DNA of 64,000 bases. Origin: a virus. Taxonomy: Duplodnaviria > Caudoviricetes. A program made the position numbers and the translations under genes. The first letter of the stretch is position 1. Every line of letters starts with the position of its first letter. The notes under the pieces are model-generated. The model was not told the DNA's origin and made no database searches. It saw only the letters and a list, made by a program, of their open reading frames with translations. The stretch lies in the IMG/VR virus record IMGVR_UViG_3300028591_000075, positions 96,001 through 160,000 of that record; one strand, 5' to 3'. Below, one piece after another: positions 28,892 to 38,647 of this stretch.

Positions 28892-29680
28892 TTAAATATC
28901 TAATGTTTCCAAATCACCGTCCGCATCGGCAGTATTGGTTTCCTCACTTGTACCGCCTTCCTCGGCTACCGGTTCGGTACCGACTTCTGTTTCATTACCT
29001 TCTTCTGAGGTGCCTTCCGTAGCACCTTCCTCGGGAGCCGGTTCCTCGGCAGCCCAGTCATCCGGGTTCAGTTCGTTTCCGGAAGTATCTAGTTCGGAAC
29101 TGCCGAAGCCCATCGCGGTTTCATCAAAGCCGTTCGGGTCGGTTGTGGTAATGTCATCGCCAAGCGCATCGAAGGAACCGCTTACCATGGCATCGGAAAT
29201 TTCCTTATCGACGGTAGCTTCCTGGGGGAGTCCATCATCGCCGCTAATGCCGAATACGTTGACGCCTTGGGCTTCATGCGGGTTAGCCCCGACCTTCTGG
29301 CGGAGTTGCTCGGCCACCGTGCTGGACTGGGAGGCTTCGACAAGAACTTCCTTGAACAACTTGGTAGCGGTCTCGGCCAGCACCTGCGGACAGTCGAAGG
29401 AATTAACAAACTTGGCGTAGAAGCCCATCATGGATTCATATTTGGCGGAAACGGGCTTTCCGGCCAGTGCGCGGTCGCATGACTTTACCCATCCTTCGGC
29501 ACGTTCGCCATATACTTCAATTTGGTTCCGTAGGTCAGCGAGCTGGTCAAGCTGTTCCTGGGACAGACTGCCATTGTCGTGCTCCATCCACAGTAGCGCG
29601 TCAATCTGATCGACGAGACCGGAATACCTGGTTTCGGTATTGTCCGGTTCTCCGAATGCATTTTTATTGTCAAGTGGCAT
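28892..29680 (-). CDS. Acidic late protein with an internal shared leader motif
   Basis: TATAAGTC at 29704-29711; KYES..FYAKFVNSFDCPQVLAETATKLFKEVLVEA. Confidence 0.75.
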   Translation of the reverse strand: MPLDNKNAFGEPDNTETRYSGLVDQIDALLWMEHDNGSLSQEQLDQLADLRNQIEVYGERAEGWVKSCDRALAGKPVSAKYESMMGFYAKFVNSFDCPQVLAETATKLFKEVLVEASQSSTVAEQLRQKVGANPHEAQGVNVFGISGDDGLPQEATVDKEISDAMVSGSFDALGDDITTTDPNGFDETAMGFGSSELDTSGNELNPDDWAAEEPAPEEGATEGTSEEGNETEVGTEPVAEEGGTSEETNTADADGDLETLDI

Positions 29681-29771
29681 GGGATTCTCGCAATTTTTCT
29701 ACAGACTTATATCCAAAACGGTACATTTTTTGCTATATTTTCATAAAACAACAAAAACAGGAACTAGAACA

Positions 29772-30308
29772 ATGCCTAAGAACAAGCTCGAAATTACCGC
29801 CATCGGTACCCTCATGTCCATGGCCCCGACCGTCGTCAAGGACACTACCGTCACCAAGTTCAAGTTGAAGATTACCGGTACTTCCGATTCCAAGGAAATG
29901 GCCGAAGTCCTCGAAAATACTTTCGGTGTCGAGGACATCAACATCCGCTTCCCGCTGGGCAGCGTAAAGGCCGACCTCCGTGATTACGGCGTGTTCATCA
30001 AGGTCGATTTCGGGACCGAACTGGAACACCTGGTCACGTTCTCCGGCATTGCCAATACGGCGACCTTCACCCATACCCGCAAGAATACCGGTGATGGTGT
30101 CGAAGAGAACATGACGTGCACAATCGACGGCATCAAGAACCGCGACGAAGCGAACGATGTTCTGGAAGAATGGATCAAGCGCAAGGAAACAAATCCGCAG
30201 ACCGGCAAGAAGGTGCTCATTCCTATCAAGCTGGAAATCCATTCCCTTGACGAAAACCCGGTCGTGTTTACCCCGATTGCAGATACTGACGAAGAAGGCG
30301 AAGACTAA
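29772..30308 (+). CDS. Hypothetical beta-rich protein with an acidic C-terminal tail
   Basis: TATATT -10-like box and AGGA SD upstream of ATG 29772. Confidence 0.7.
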   Translation: MPKNKLEITAIGTLMSMAPTVVKDTTVTKFKLKITGTSDSKEMAEVLENTFGVEDINIRFPLGSVKADLRDYGVFIKVDFGTELEHLVTFSGIANTATFTHTRKNTGDGVEENMTCTIDGIKNRDEANDVLEEWIKRKETNPQTGKKVLIPIKLEIHSLDENPVVFTPIADTDEEGED

Positions 30309-30310
30309 GA

Positions 30311-30333
30311 AAGGTGGTCATTTGACCACCCTT
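30311..30333. terminator. Hairpin between convergent genes
   Basis: GGTGGTCA-TT-TGACCACC. Confidence 0.5.
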
Positions 30334-30336
30334 CCC

Positions 30337-30594
30337 TTAAATGAACCGTCTTGTCAGTGGGTTAGTGCATAGCACCGCCACCGACAGTTTCTTTTTCTGA
30401 CTGGGCCTGATACGGATGCGCTTCTTCGGAGGCACGGGGGTCTTCGGTACCGGCGCAGCAGTCTTTGGCGCCACAGGCTTCTGTGGTGCCGTTTCGTTTT
30501 GAACCTGGGGCGTTTCGGTCACAACCGGTTCGATGACATCGGGATTGATGTCGATTTTTTCGGTTTCGGTAGTATTTTTATTCTTGCGTGCCAT
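30337..30594 (-). CDS. Small basic, Pro-rich late protein
   Basis: TATAAACT (-, 30602-30609) 7 nt before the ATG. Confidence 0.65.
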   Translation of the reverse strand: MARKNKNTTETEKIDINPDVIEPVVTETPQVQNETAPQKPVAPKTAAPVPKTPVPPKKRIRIRPSQKKKLSVAVLCTNPLTRRFI

Positions 30595-30668
30595 AAAATG
30601 CAGTTTATATAACCCGAATGATGTAGTTTTCCTGCAGATACCTGAAAACTTAATCCTAGGAGTTAAAA

Positions 30669-31184
30669 ATGTCAGGAGAAGCTATCATTACCCTTATCGC
30701 GGTCGCCGTCATATTTGTCGTATTCGGCATTCCGCTCTACGTGGTTCGTCGCCGCAACCGCATCCAGGTTGAAGAGCCCGAACAGGAACAGCTCAGCGTG
30801 GGAGCCACTCCGGTGAACGATGCCGGTCCGCAGCTCACACAGGAACCGGCCATTACGTCCGGTCCAATCGCAGTGGATCCGAACCCGGTTCCTCCTGTGA
30901 AGCCAGCCCGTAGGCGTGTTGAAAAGAAGGCCACGGCTTCCCCGGTCGCTGAAAAGAAGACTGCCCGCCGCAGCAAGCCGAAGACCGACATTCCCAGCAA
31001 GGAACTCAAAAAGGCATTGAAGGAAGTTGCCGACATGGACAAGGCCAAGCCGGTTCTTTCCAAGGAATTTGCCTTGAAGCACGGGCTCAAATTGGATGAA
31101 AAGAAGACCAAGACCACCAAGAAGACTACCAAGTCCACCAAGACGTCCAAGAAGTCTGCTCCGAAATCCAAGAAGAGCAAGTAA
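30669..31184 (+). CDS. Single-pass membrane protein with a Lys/Thr/Ser-rich histone-H1-like tail
   Basis: N-terminal TM IITLIAVAVIFVVFGIPLYVV followed by RRR; KKTKTTKKTTKSTKTSKK tail. Confidence 0.75.
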   Translation: MSGEAIITLIAVAVIFVVFGIPLYVVRRRNRIQVEEPEQEQLSVGATPVNDAGPQLTQEPAITSGPIAVDPNPVPPVKPARRRVEKKATASPVAEKKTARRSKPKTDIPSKELKKALKEVADMDKAKPVLSKEFALKHGLKLDEKKTKTTKKTTKSTKTSKKSAPKSKKSK

Positions 31185-31211
31185 GCCATTTCCCATATAC
31201 CTCACTGAGGT

Positions 31212-31236
31212 AGGGGCGCCTTCGGGCGCCCCTTTT
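31212..31236 (+). terminator. Intrinsic terminator
   Basis: AGGGGCGCC-TTCG-GGCGCCCCTTTT. Confidence 0.88.
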
Positions 31237-31269
31237 CCTATAAACTGGAACCTGTAGAGGAAGAACGAC

Positions 31270-32697
31270 ATGGAACTGAGACATAGGCAATTCATCAACT
31301 CGCTTGTTTCGCTTGCTAACGAGAGCAATCGACCGCTTATTGAATGCGCAATCAAGGAATACGTGGTGCTGGAAGGCACCGGCAATTTCTTCAACCGCGC
31401 CAAGGCCCTTGCTGGCAACCTGAAAAACAAGATTGCTGGCTTTGCCGGTGACTCCAAGCAGGCTTATGCCAATACCCATCAGCCGCAGCAATCCCAGCCG
31501 CAGCAGTCGAAAGGAAGCACCTCTGGTCTCAAACAGCGCGAATTTACTCCTCAGCAGCAGAAGGCCAGGGAGTACCTTATTGACAATGACCGCAAAACCT
31601 GGGAGCATGACTACAATCGTTTCTTGCAGGCATGTGATGACATTACCTATTTCTTGAAAACATACGGAAACCGCGAATTCAACCTGATGCGCCAGACACC
31701 CGATTTCAAGAAAGCCGAGAAGCGCGGAACCTTGATGGATGACTATATCAGGGTAAACCCCCAAAAAATTCGCGACGAACACCGTTCTGCATACAGGAAC
31801 ATCATGGACTCGGTATGCAAGATCAGTCCGCAACATCGTGCCCTCGTTGAATCCATATTGTCAATCTATGACATTACCGAAGGTGTTACCCGTCATCGTA
31901 TAATCCCGCTGTGCGAATCCAGCAACAGGGATTATGCGCTTTCTCAGTTGAAGAATGACATGGCCATGGTCGAAGTGTTCGTTACTCGACATGGTATTTA
32001 TCCATGGGAGAAGTTCTTGAAATCCGGCGAGTTCCGCGATGCGTATGTGAACTCCGCTTCGAAGAATCCGACTGAAGAAAAGAAGGCGGCGATTGACCCG
32101 AAAGTGCTGGAAACGGTGCGTAACGCATACAGCTCCGGCTATGGCAGTGCGATGGAAGCGGTCGATGGAAAGATGAAGCAACTGAACAAGTATCTCGGGA
32201 AGAAACCCGACAGCGACATCAAGGATTCCAAGGGATACATCGACACTACGCGCAGGGCGTTTAACTATTTCAAGGATGCCCATATCCAGGAAGGTGCCTG
32301 GGCAGTTCATTTCACCAACGATAAGGCGTATCCCAAAATCAAGAAGAACGGATTTGCCAATGGCACGACCGTACTTGACCACCTGGCTTACACGACCATG
32401 TATGATGGCGGTAGGGGCAAGCAGGGGTGGCTGTTCGCCCTCCCGGTCGGATGCTCTTATCTGAAACATTACGATCTTGGATACGGTGACTGCGCGTTCC
32501 TCATCAAGGCAGATGGAGTTATCGCCAAGCATGTTGGTGAACAGGATGATGAACTCATCTTCCGTGACAAGGATGTGATTAAGAAGATACCTTTCCGCTA
32601 CGATTATGATACGAAAAAGTGGGTAGTCGAGCCGGAAGACGGTAAAAATAAGGCATTTGAGACCATCGGGCAGGTTATCGAGGCGTATCAGAAGTAG
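31270..32697 (+). CDS. Late protein with two shared leader motifs and a C-terminal ADP-ribosyltransferase-like domain
   Basis: TATAAACT at 31239; AVHFTNDKAYPKIKKNGF...GWLFA...YG...EQDDELIF. Confidence 0.65.
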   Translation: MELRHRQFINSLVSLANESNRPLIECAIKEYVVLEGTGNFFNRAKALAGNLKNKIAGFAGDSKQAYANTHQPQQSQPQQSKGSTSGLKQREFTPQQQKAREYLIDNDRKTWEHDYNRFLQACDDITYFLKTYGNREFNLMRQTPDFKKAEKRGTLMDDYIRVNPQKIRDEHRSAYRNIMDSVCKISPQHRALVESILSIYDITEGVTRHRIIPLCESSNRDYALSQLKNDMAMVEVFVTRHGIYPWEKFLKSGEFRDAYVNSASKNPTEEKKAAIDPKVLETVRNAYSSGYGSAMEAVDGKMKQLNKYLGKKPDSDIKDSKGYIDTTRRAFNYFKDAHIQEGAWAVHFTNDKAYPKIKKNGFANGTTVLDHLAYTTMYDGGRGKQGWLFALPVGCSYLKHYDLGYGDCAFLIKADGVIAKHVGEQDDELIFRDKDVIKKIPFRYDYDTKKWVVEPEDGKNKAFETIGQVIEAYQK

Positions 32698-32756
32698 TTA
32701 TAAGCTGTAAGTGGTGCGGCAATTCCGCCGTACGACAACGACGGGACCTCTATCGC

Positions 32757-33728
32757 ATGGATACCAAGTTTTGCGGGAGACCAATCATCAGCGATCGCAA
32801 TGGGCGCACGATTTTCGAGAAGACACCTGGCCAACAAAAATTGGTCGATGCTATCAATTCCAATGACATCATATTCGTATCAGGGCCATCAGGTACCGGT
32901 AAGACCGCCATTGCCACATGGGTTGGCATTGACGGTATAGATGATGGTAAATATGAACGTCTTATACTTACCAGGCCAGTAGTTACCGGCGGTGAGGAGT
33001 TGGGTTTCCTACCCGGCTCTCTGGATGAGAAAGTGGCGCCATATATGCAGCCGCTAAAAGACGCGATTGCAATCATCAAGGGATATCCAAAACAGCATGA
33101 TGCGGAGAAGGAAGTCATCAAGCGCGAACCCATGACTGCAAAGGAAAAGAAGCGCATGCGTGCCAGCGCGAAGGACGTACCGGCACCGGTGGATTTCTAT
33201 GACAGGGTGCGTGTATGTCCACTGGCCTACATCCGTGGTTCGACGTTGGCCAAGTCTTACATCGTGTGCGATGAATTCCAGAACGTCACGCCGATGCAGA
33301 TGAAGATGATGATAACCCGCCTGGGTCGCGGTTCCAAGATGATCATCTGCGGTGACCCGAACCAGTGCGACTTGCCGGAAAAGGCAACATCCGGGTTCAA
33401 TGATGCCATCAGGTTGCTTGACGGTGTCCGCGGTATCGGGTTCGTTGAACTTGGTGTCGATGATATTGTCCGTCACCCGATGATGAAGGAAATCATCCTC
33501 CGGTATGAACGTCCTGGGTATCGAGCAAACAGCGGCAATTTCAGTGACGAGGATGACTTCAGGAAAATTCCGTCTCATACCTGGGAACGTGACCGCGAAG
33601 GCTACGATTTCAGTGATGAGCGGGATGAACTGGAAGATGGAATATGTACCCACTGCGACGGCACCGGAGTCGATTCCTTTACTGGCGACGCATGCCCGAT
33701 TTGTGGTGGAACTGGTCACATTGAATAG
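32757..33728 (+). CDS. phoH: PhoH-family ATPase with a C-terminal CxxCxGxG zinc finger
   Basis: GPSGTGKT, LTRP, LGFLPG, LAYIRGST, DEFQN, TRLGRGSK, GDPNQCD, DIVRH. Confidence 0.93.
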   Translation: MDTKFCGRPIISDRNGRTIFEKTPGQQKLVDAINSNDIIFVSGPSGTGKTAIATWVGIDGIDDGKYERLILTRPVVTGGEELGFLPGSLDEKVAPYMQPLKDAIAIIKGYPKQHDAEKEVIKREPMTAKEKKRMRASAKDVPAPVDFYDRVRVCPLAYIRGSTLAKSYIVCDEFQNVTPMQMKMMITRLGRGSKMIICGDPNQCDLPEKATSGFNDAIRLLDGVRGIGFVELGVDDIVRHPMMKEIILRYERPGYRANSGNFSDEDDFRKIPSHTWERDREGYDFSDERDELEDGICTHCDGTGVDSFTGDACPICGGTGHIE

Positions 33729-33784
33729 GGAAATTCTATGGTAAACATATAAACTTCCGGTCGAAGCCAATCCCGAGGTTTTTA

Positions 33785-34195
33785 ATGGAAGCTATAGAAT
33801 TCATCACGCTGAAACTTAACATGATATCAGCATTTATAGTATCGGTGACGGGCCTGCTCATTGCGCTGGGCACGTTCGTTAAGCCATTTCGTAACTGGCT
33901 ACTTGAGCAGTTCACCAGCAAGAAAGCAATCACAGCCGAACTTGACCTGATGAAGGAAGCCCTCCAAGCAACCCTGCGCAATCAACTCACTGAAATTTAC
34001 TACCGTTCCATCGAACGCGGTTTCATCTATGAAAACGACAGGGAGAATTTTGAGCACCTGAATGTTGCGTATGAGAAGCTCGGGGGCAATTCTTATGTTC
34101 ACACAATTCATCAGCTGATTTCTGTGATGCCCAATGAAACGACTGTCAAGAAGAAAGTGAGGAGTACCCCAAGAAAACGTGCAGTGAGGAAATAA
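33785..34195 (+). CDS. Holin-like membrane protein
   Basis: One N-terminal TM; LRNQL..Y...G...YEKLGGNSY family pattern; late box at 33748. Confidence 0.55.
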   Translation: MEAIEFITLKLNMISAFIVSVTGLLIALGTFVKPFRNWLLEQFTSKKAITAELDLMKEALQATLRNQLTEIYYRSIERGFIYENDRENFEHLNVAYEKLGGNSYVHTIHQLISVMPNETTVKKKVRSTPRKRAVRK

Positions 34196-34197
34196 TT

Positions 34198-34473
34198 ATG
34201 GCTACCGTGGATTGCTATCAGACTGGGGACTACGGGTATTTCGGTGTCGAACGTGACCCAGACTACTATCGGAACCATGGACCGATCCGTCCAAGGCCCG
34301 TTCTGGAACATATGGTTGGACGCCCGGTCGACTGGATGATGCATGTTTGTCATCCATATTACATCCCAAACCAGCCTCCCCCTCCTCCACCTCCGTGCTG
34401 CTGTTGCGGCCCGTTTCCACCTGACCCTCATTACCGGTGGTATTGGCCATGGGCCCCGTGGTGGAGACCATAA
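34198..34473 (+). CDS. Small Pro/Cys/Trp-rich protein
   Basis: GAGG SD; PPPPPPPCCCCGPFPPDPHYRWYWPWAPWWRP; followed by a terminator. Confidence 0.6.
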   Translation: MATVDCYQTGDYGYFGVERDPDYYRNHGPIRPRPVLEHMVGRPVDWMMHVCHPYYIPNQPPPPPPPCCCCGPFPPDPHYRWYWPWAPWWRP

Positions 34474-34505
34474 AATTGCATCGTCCTGATTTCTTTCAGG
34501 AACTA

Positions 34506-34527
34506 GCCTCCTACGGGAGGCATTTTT
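34506..34527 (+). terminator. Intrinsic terminator
   Basis: GCCTCC-TACG-GGAGGC-ATTTTT. Confidence 0.8.
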
Positions 34528-34554
34528 GTTATAAACTGTCATTCGAGGTTTACT

Positions 34555-34941
34555 ATGGATTTCAAAAAGACAATTTTTGAAGCATGTGTTGCGGTCCCTT
34601 CCATGGGTGACGCCATCGCTGCCGCATATGACTGCATTTTTGAGGCAGATGCTGGAACTGCCCAGACATCATCTACCCAGGTGCAGAATGGCGGTACCAG
34701 TCAAAACGATGTTGCCATCGACCCTGCTGCGATTACGGAAAATCCGGAAAGCGCCAAGATCCTGGCCGATATTGCAACTAAGGCATCCCAGCAGCAACAG
34801 CAGGTCGAGCAGGCCCAGAAGCAACTTGACCAGACCACCGAGGCTGCCAAGACGACGCTCATGGAACTGGACAAGGAACATGATGCCCAGGAAACTCTCA
34901 ACGAGCAAAACCAGAAGCAGATTCCTAATACCCAGGGGTAG
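34555..34941 (+). CDS. Late protein with the shared leader and a Gln-rich coil
   Basis: TATAAACT at 34530; DFKKTIFEACVAVPSMGDAIAAAYDCIFEA. Confidence 0.8.
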   Translation: MDFKKTIFEACVAVPSMGDAIAAAYDCIFEADAGTAQTSSTQVQNGGTSQNDVAIDPAAITENPESAKILADIATKASQQQQQVEQAQKQLDQTTEAAKTTLMELDKEHDAQETLNEQNQKQIPNTQG

Positions 34942-34944
34942 TCA

Positions 34945-35514
34945 ATGGTTCCGGCAATCAAGTATCTTGAATTCATGAAGGGCCTGTTTGAGGCTACCGG
35001 CGACCGTGGTGTGGTGGCCGCTGCCGAGACATTCCGCGCCCTCTGTGAAGGCAACTACTTCCGGCCACTGATGGTTCCGGATTCGATACGGCAGAATGCC
35101 GTCATCGACTGGAAGGGCTTTACCCATATTGTCCCGAGCGCTTCGAACACCTCCGGTACGTCGGCGCCCGATGTGCTTCCCGATGGCGGAAACACCATTA
35201 GCGGCCACTGTACAAGGGATATTGGTGCGGAAACCCGTGAGGCGAAGTGGGAAGTGCCTGACCTGATTTCCGGTGGACAGGTGACCGGCCTCGGAAAGTA
35301 CAAGACGGATGTTTTCCAGTCGGTACCCATTGAAGACATGATTAAGCGGGCACAGGCGAACCTTCCCAATCCGATGGAATGGGCTGTTTCCCTGAACCAC
35401 ATGCCGATGAAGTGCGGCTACTCGATAACATGCCCGAATAACCAGAACGGCGTGTATGCCGGCGACGGTGTCGGTGGTGGTTCTGATTCCGGCGGTGGTG
35501 GAGCGCCATCCTAG
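34945..35514 (+). CDS. Late protein with the shared leader
   Basis: KYLEFMKGLFEATGDRGVVAAAETFRALCEG. Confidence 0.75.
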   Translation: MVPAIKYLEFMKGLFEATGDRGVVAAAETFRALCEGNYFRPLMVPDSIRQNAVIDWKGFTHIVPSASNTSGTSAPDVLPDGGNTISGHCTRDIGAETREAKWEVPDLISGGQVTGLGKYKTDVFQSVPIEDMIKRAQANLPNPMEWAVSLNHMPMKCGYSITCPNNQNGVYAGDGVGGGSDSGGGGAPS

Positions 35515-35515
35515 T

Positions 35516-35710
35516 ATGACCAAGCAATTTCTACTACTTTTCATAGCAATCATGATATTCATGGTTGCTTTTGCGTACGAGGCCGGATCGTTGGCAGTCG
35601 CGTCCGATAATATACGCATAGAACACCATGTTGTAAAGGATGGGACCTGGGTGGACACCTCGGCCCCATATAAACTGCCAGAAAAGAAACATTTTTGGAC
35701 ATTGCCATGA
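35516..35710 (+). CDS. Small protein with an N-terminal signal or TM segment
   Basis: MTKQFLLLFIAIMIFMVAFAYEA. Confidence 0.45.
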   Translation: MTKQFLLLFIAIMIFMVAFAYEAGSLAVASDNIRIEHHVVKDGTWVDTSAPYKLPEKKHFWTLP

Positions 35711-37656
35711 ACGAAGAAATCTTTGATAGCATCTCGGACCTGCTTGCCAAGAGCGGCACGACCGTTTCCAAGAAACTGGATGGCTCGATTGTAGTGTCGC
35801 TGCCGGACAGTTCGGAAAAACTCGCCGATTGTACTGACAACGGCGATGGAACCGTTTCCTACACGATGTACCGCGGTGATGATACGGAGGAGGTCGGTAG
35901 CGGCACTCCGGAAGAGTTCAAGGAACATGTGCTTGATGCGCTTGATTCGTGGATTGACTATGTCCCGTATGACCAGTTCGCCGTAGAACCTAATGTTTCG
36001 GTGGAATACCGTCGCGCAATCGGCGAGAGTCGGGATGATGCCATGCGTCGCTCCCTCTTCGAGATGGGGTTGGATTACAACCAGGCCGAGGCGATAATAG
36101 GTGTCGCCAATGCTCTCATGGAATCCGGTGAATATGTATCGGTCAATGTTGATGGAAAGACCATGGAGGGGAGCTCGTTCGAAAACTTGGTTTCGAGAAA
36201 TGAGCCATACCTCACCCGCAAATGGTTGTTGAAGCAAATTAGGGAAAAGAATGTCGATGTTCAAGGCATGGATCTGAAGATGTCGGGAATATCGGCATTG
36301 ACGGAAAAGATTTGGCAGCATGACCATCCAGGCGAGGACTTGGGTGCCCTGTCGCCGGCAGAAAAGACGGCAGAGCTGAACAAGGTTAAGCCAACCAAGG
36401 CGCAGCTTAAAGAATATGTGGAACAATATCGTTCCGCTGCACAGACCCAGACATTCCAGACCGATGATGATGTCCTGGGCAACAATTTCGACAAAAGGAC
36501 AAAGGAAAAGGACACTTCGAAGGATACTGCTCTTCGTGCCGCGGTCTCGGGTAATGAAGATGCCATTCAAAGTGGAGAGGCCGATGACTACGATGATGAA
36601 ATCGAAGGCCATGGCGGTCATCTTGCTGCGAACTACACCGAGGATGGCCGAAAGATTTCCGGTTCAGATGAGGAAGCATCCGCCGAAATCGGTGCTTCGG
36701 TAAAGGAAATCAAAGACCAGGATTCAAATACCAAAACCGATGCACAGCAGCGCATCATAAAAATGCTCGGTGATAAGGGATACAAGTATCCTGAACTGGG
36801 CACACTCCCAATCAAGACCTTGGAGCAGTGCTTGTTTGCGATTAACAAACTTACCGCAAAGAAGAAGTTCAACCTAGATACTGATGCCGAATTGGAACCG
36901 GGCAAACTGCTTCATAAAGCCGGATATACCAAGGATAATGGTCCGAGCGATGAAGATGTTCGCGATGAAATGATGAAAACTTTGTGGGTTGGCGATGTAA
37001 ACTCGCTCAATAGCAAGGAACCGTATGAAATCCCGACTGACTTCATTGCAATGATTGAGGAGAATGCCGAGACACTTAAGAATTCGTTTGACGAATATCT
37101 GGCTATTATTCCGAGATTGCCTCGTGGAACGGCTACCCGGTATGTAATGGATCTCCTGTTTGGTGCTCCGGGAAATGGCGTTGGCGGAATCGTTGGCGGT
37201 ATCTTGAATGGTGACCAGACAATCATGGACAAGATTGCTAAAGGTGAAAGCCTCATTGATGGAAGCTCGATGACGCCGGCTCAGTACAACGGCATTTCGC
37301 AGGCACTGAAAAACGAAGTGCTCAGTAGCGCCATTAGAGCAGTACAGGATAATCTGGGAAATTACATCGACATCATTGTCAGCGGATTGCCCGGTGCATT
37401 CGATGAAGCATGCAACGATAATGTATCCGATTACACCTATGCGGCAATCGATCCGGAATTCGTTACTATGATTCGTTCCATCTTGTTTGGAAAGCAATGC
37501 CCGCTCGCCGGTTATCCATGGAATGCTATCGACACCCTTATCAATGATATTGGTAAGGTAATGACGGTAAGTGCACCATCCGGTGCGCAGCGTAAGATTA
37601 CTGGAACTGTGCCTGGCAAGACCATTAAACCTAAGAAACCAGAAGAACAGTCGTAA
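35707..37656 (+). CDS. Large acidic late protein with an internal shared leader motif; candidate internal head protein
   Basis: TATAAACT at 35669; AIGES-RDDAMRRSLFEMGLDYNQAEAIIGVANALMES. Confidence 0.8.
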   Translation: MNEEIFDSISDLLAKSGTTVSKKLDGSIVVSLPDSSEKLADCTDNGDGTVSYTMYRGDDTEEVGSGTPEEFKEHVLDALDSWIDYVPYDQFAVEPNVSVEYRRAIGESRDDAMRRSLFEMGLDYNQAEAIIGVANALMESGEYVSVNVDGKTMEGSSFENLVSRNEPYLTRKWLLKQIREKNVDVQGMDLKMSGISALTEKIWQHDHPGEDLGALSPAEKTAELNKVKPTKAQLKEYVEQYRSAAQTQTFQTDDDVLGNNFDKRTKEKDTSKDTALRAAVSGNEDAIQSGEADDYDDEIEGHGGHLAANYTEDGRKISGSDEEASAEIGASVKEIKDQDSNTKTDAQQRIIKMLGDKGYKYPELGTLPIKTLEQCLFAINKLTAKKKFNLDTDAELEPGKLLHKAGYTKDNGPSDEDVRDEMMKTLWVGDVNSLNSKEPYEIPTDFIAMIEENAETLKNSFDEYLAIIPRLPRGTATRYVMDLLFGAPGNGVGGIVGGILNGDQTIMDKIAKGESLIDGSSMTPAQYNGISQALKNEVLSSAIRAVQDNLGNYIDIIVSGLPGAFDEACNDNVSDYTYAAIDPEFVTMIRSILFGKQCPLAGYPWNAIDTLINDIGKVMTVSAPSGAQRKITGTVPGKTIKPKKPEEQS

Positions 37657-37680
37657 ATTTACGTTTACATTTGAAAAAAT

Positions 37681-37707
37681 GACGGTCATTTCGATGACCG
37701 TCTTTTT
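37681..37707 (+). terminator. Intrinsic terminator
   Basis: GACGGTCAT-TTCG-ATGACCGTC-TTTTT. Confidence 0.88.
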
Positions 37708-37739
37708 CATTGGCGGTCCATTTTTGCTACATTTACAAT

Positions 37740-38216
37740 ATGAAATCAAGATCGCCTTTCTTTTATCGCTACATGACGGTGCGTGGCATTCCGTACCAGT
37801 ACACCCAACCAAAGGATATATTCCTTGGCAAATACATTGCGCTTGATGGCACCGAGCGTGAACGCTGGATTCATACCCGACCCGATGATGACGCATTTTA
37901 CCGGCGCCGGAAAATCGTTGAACGGGTTCTACGGAGACATGAGGTTAGTAAGCATCAGCGCATGATTTCCCGGTTTGCTTTTGAATGCTGGTTCAGAGCA
38001 TTTGGGCCAACCAAGACAACCGGGTATCTATATGAGTATAGGCTTGCCGTGCTCAATCGGATGATGTACTTGGTGAAGAAGTATATGATACGGAAGAATA
38101 AGCCGGTTCCGCCTAGGTGTTACCGGGATTCGTGGGCACTTATGATGAACTTCATGAAAATGTCAATGACGTATGTGAATGAACACTTCAAGAGAACGGA
38201 GTTACCTGTTGTATGA
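37740..38216 (+). CDS. Basic (Arg/Tyr-rich) hypothetical protein
   Basis: ATG 37740 lies 6 nt after a TACATT -10-like box. Confidence 0.6.
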   Translation: MKSRSPFFYRYMTVRGIPYQYTQPKDIFLGKYIALDGTERERWIHTRPDDDAFYRRRKIVERVLRRHEVSKHQRMISRFAFECWFRAFGPTKTTGYLYEYRLAVLNRMMYLVKKYMIRKNKPVPPRCYRDSWALMMNFMKMSMTYVNEHFKRTELPVV

Positions 38217-38647
38217 AAAGAAAGAAAACTGTAATAAAGGGTGTTGCGATGGTTTCAGACGAAGAAGCCTGGGCTCGCAATAAGCGCAGCTACAACCTCA
38301 TGGACATTCAGCGCGAAGCGGAAGTCGCCCAAAGCGCACAGGCAATGAATGCCGATGAATTAAAGTATCCGAGTGATTTCTATGCCGTTATGCGATTGAT
38401 GAAGCGTCATGGTGATGTCAAGCTAAGCAAGATACTGGCTACATTCAGTCCACTCGGTTTTATATGCCCGCAGTGTAACGGCACCGGCACGGTCAGGGAA
38501 AAGTATGCCACCGATATGCTTGCCGTTTCAACTGGATGCGCCGACTGGTCATACCGTGATGCCGAGTGCCCGCTGTGCAAGGGTACCGGGGCGGTATCTA
38601 AGAAGTTGAAGCCTAAGATGGTACAGGATGGTTGGGAAGAAGCCTAG
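38213..38647 (+). CDS. DnaJ-type zinc-finger (CxxCxGxG x2) protein
   Basis: CPQCNGTG ... CPLCKGTG. Confidence 0.75.
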   Translation: MKRKKTVIKGVAMVSDEEAWARNKRSYNLMDIQREAEVAQSAQAMNADELKYPSDFYAVMRLMKRHGDVKLSKILATFSPLGFICPQCNGTGTVREKYATDMLAVSTGCADWSYRDAECPLCKGTGAVSKKLKPKMVQDGWEEA

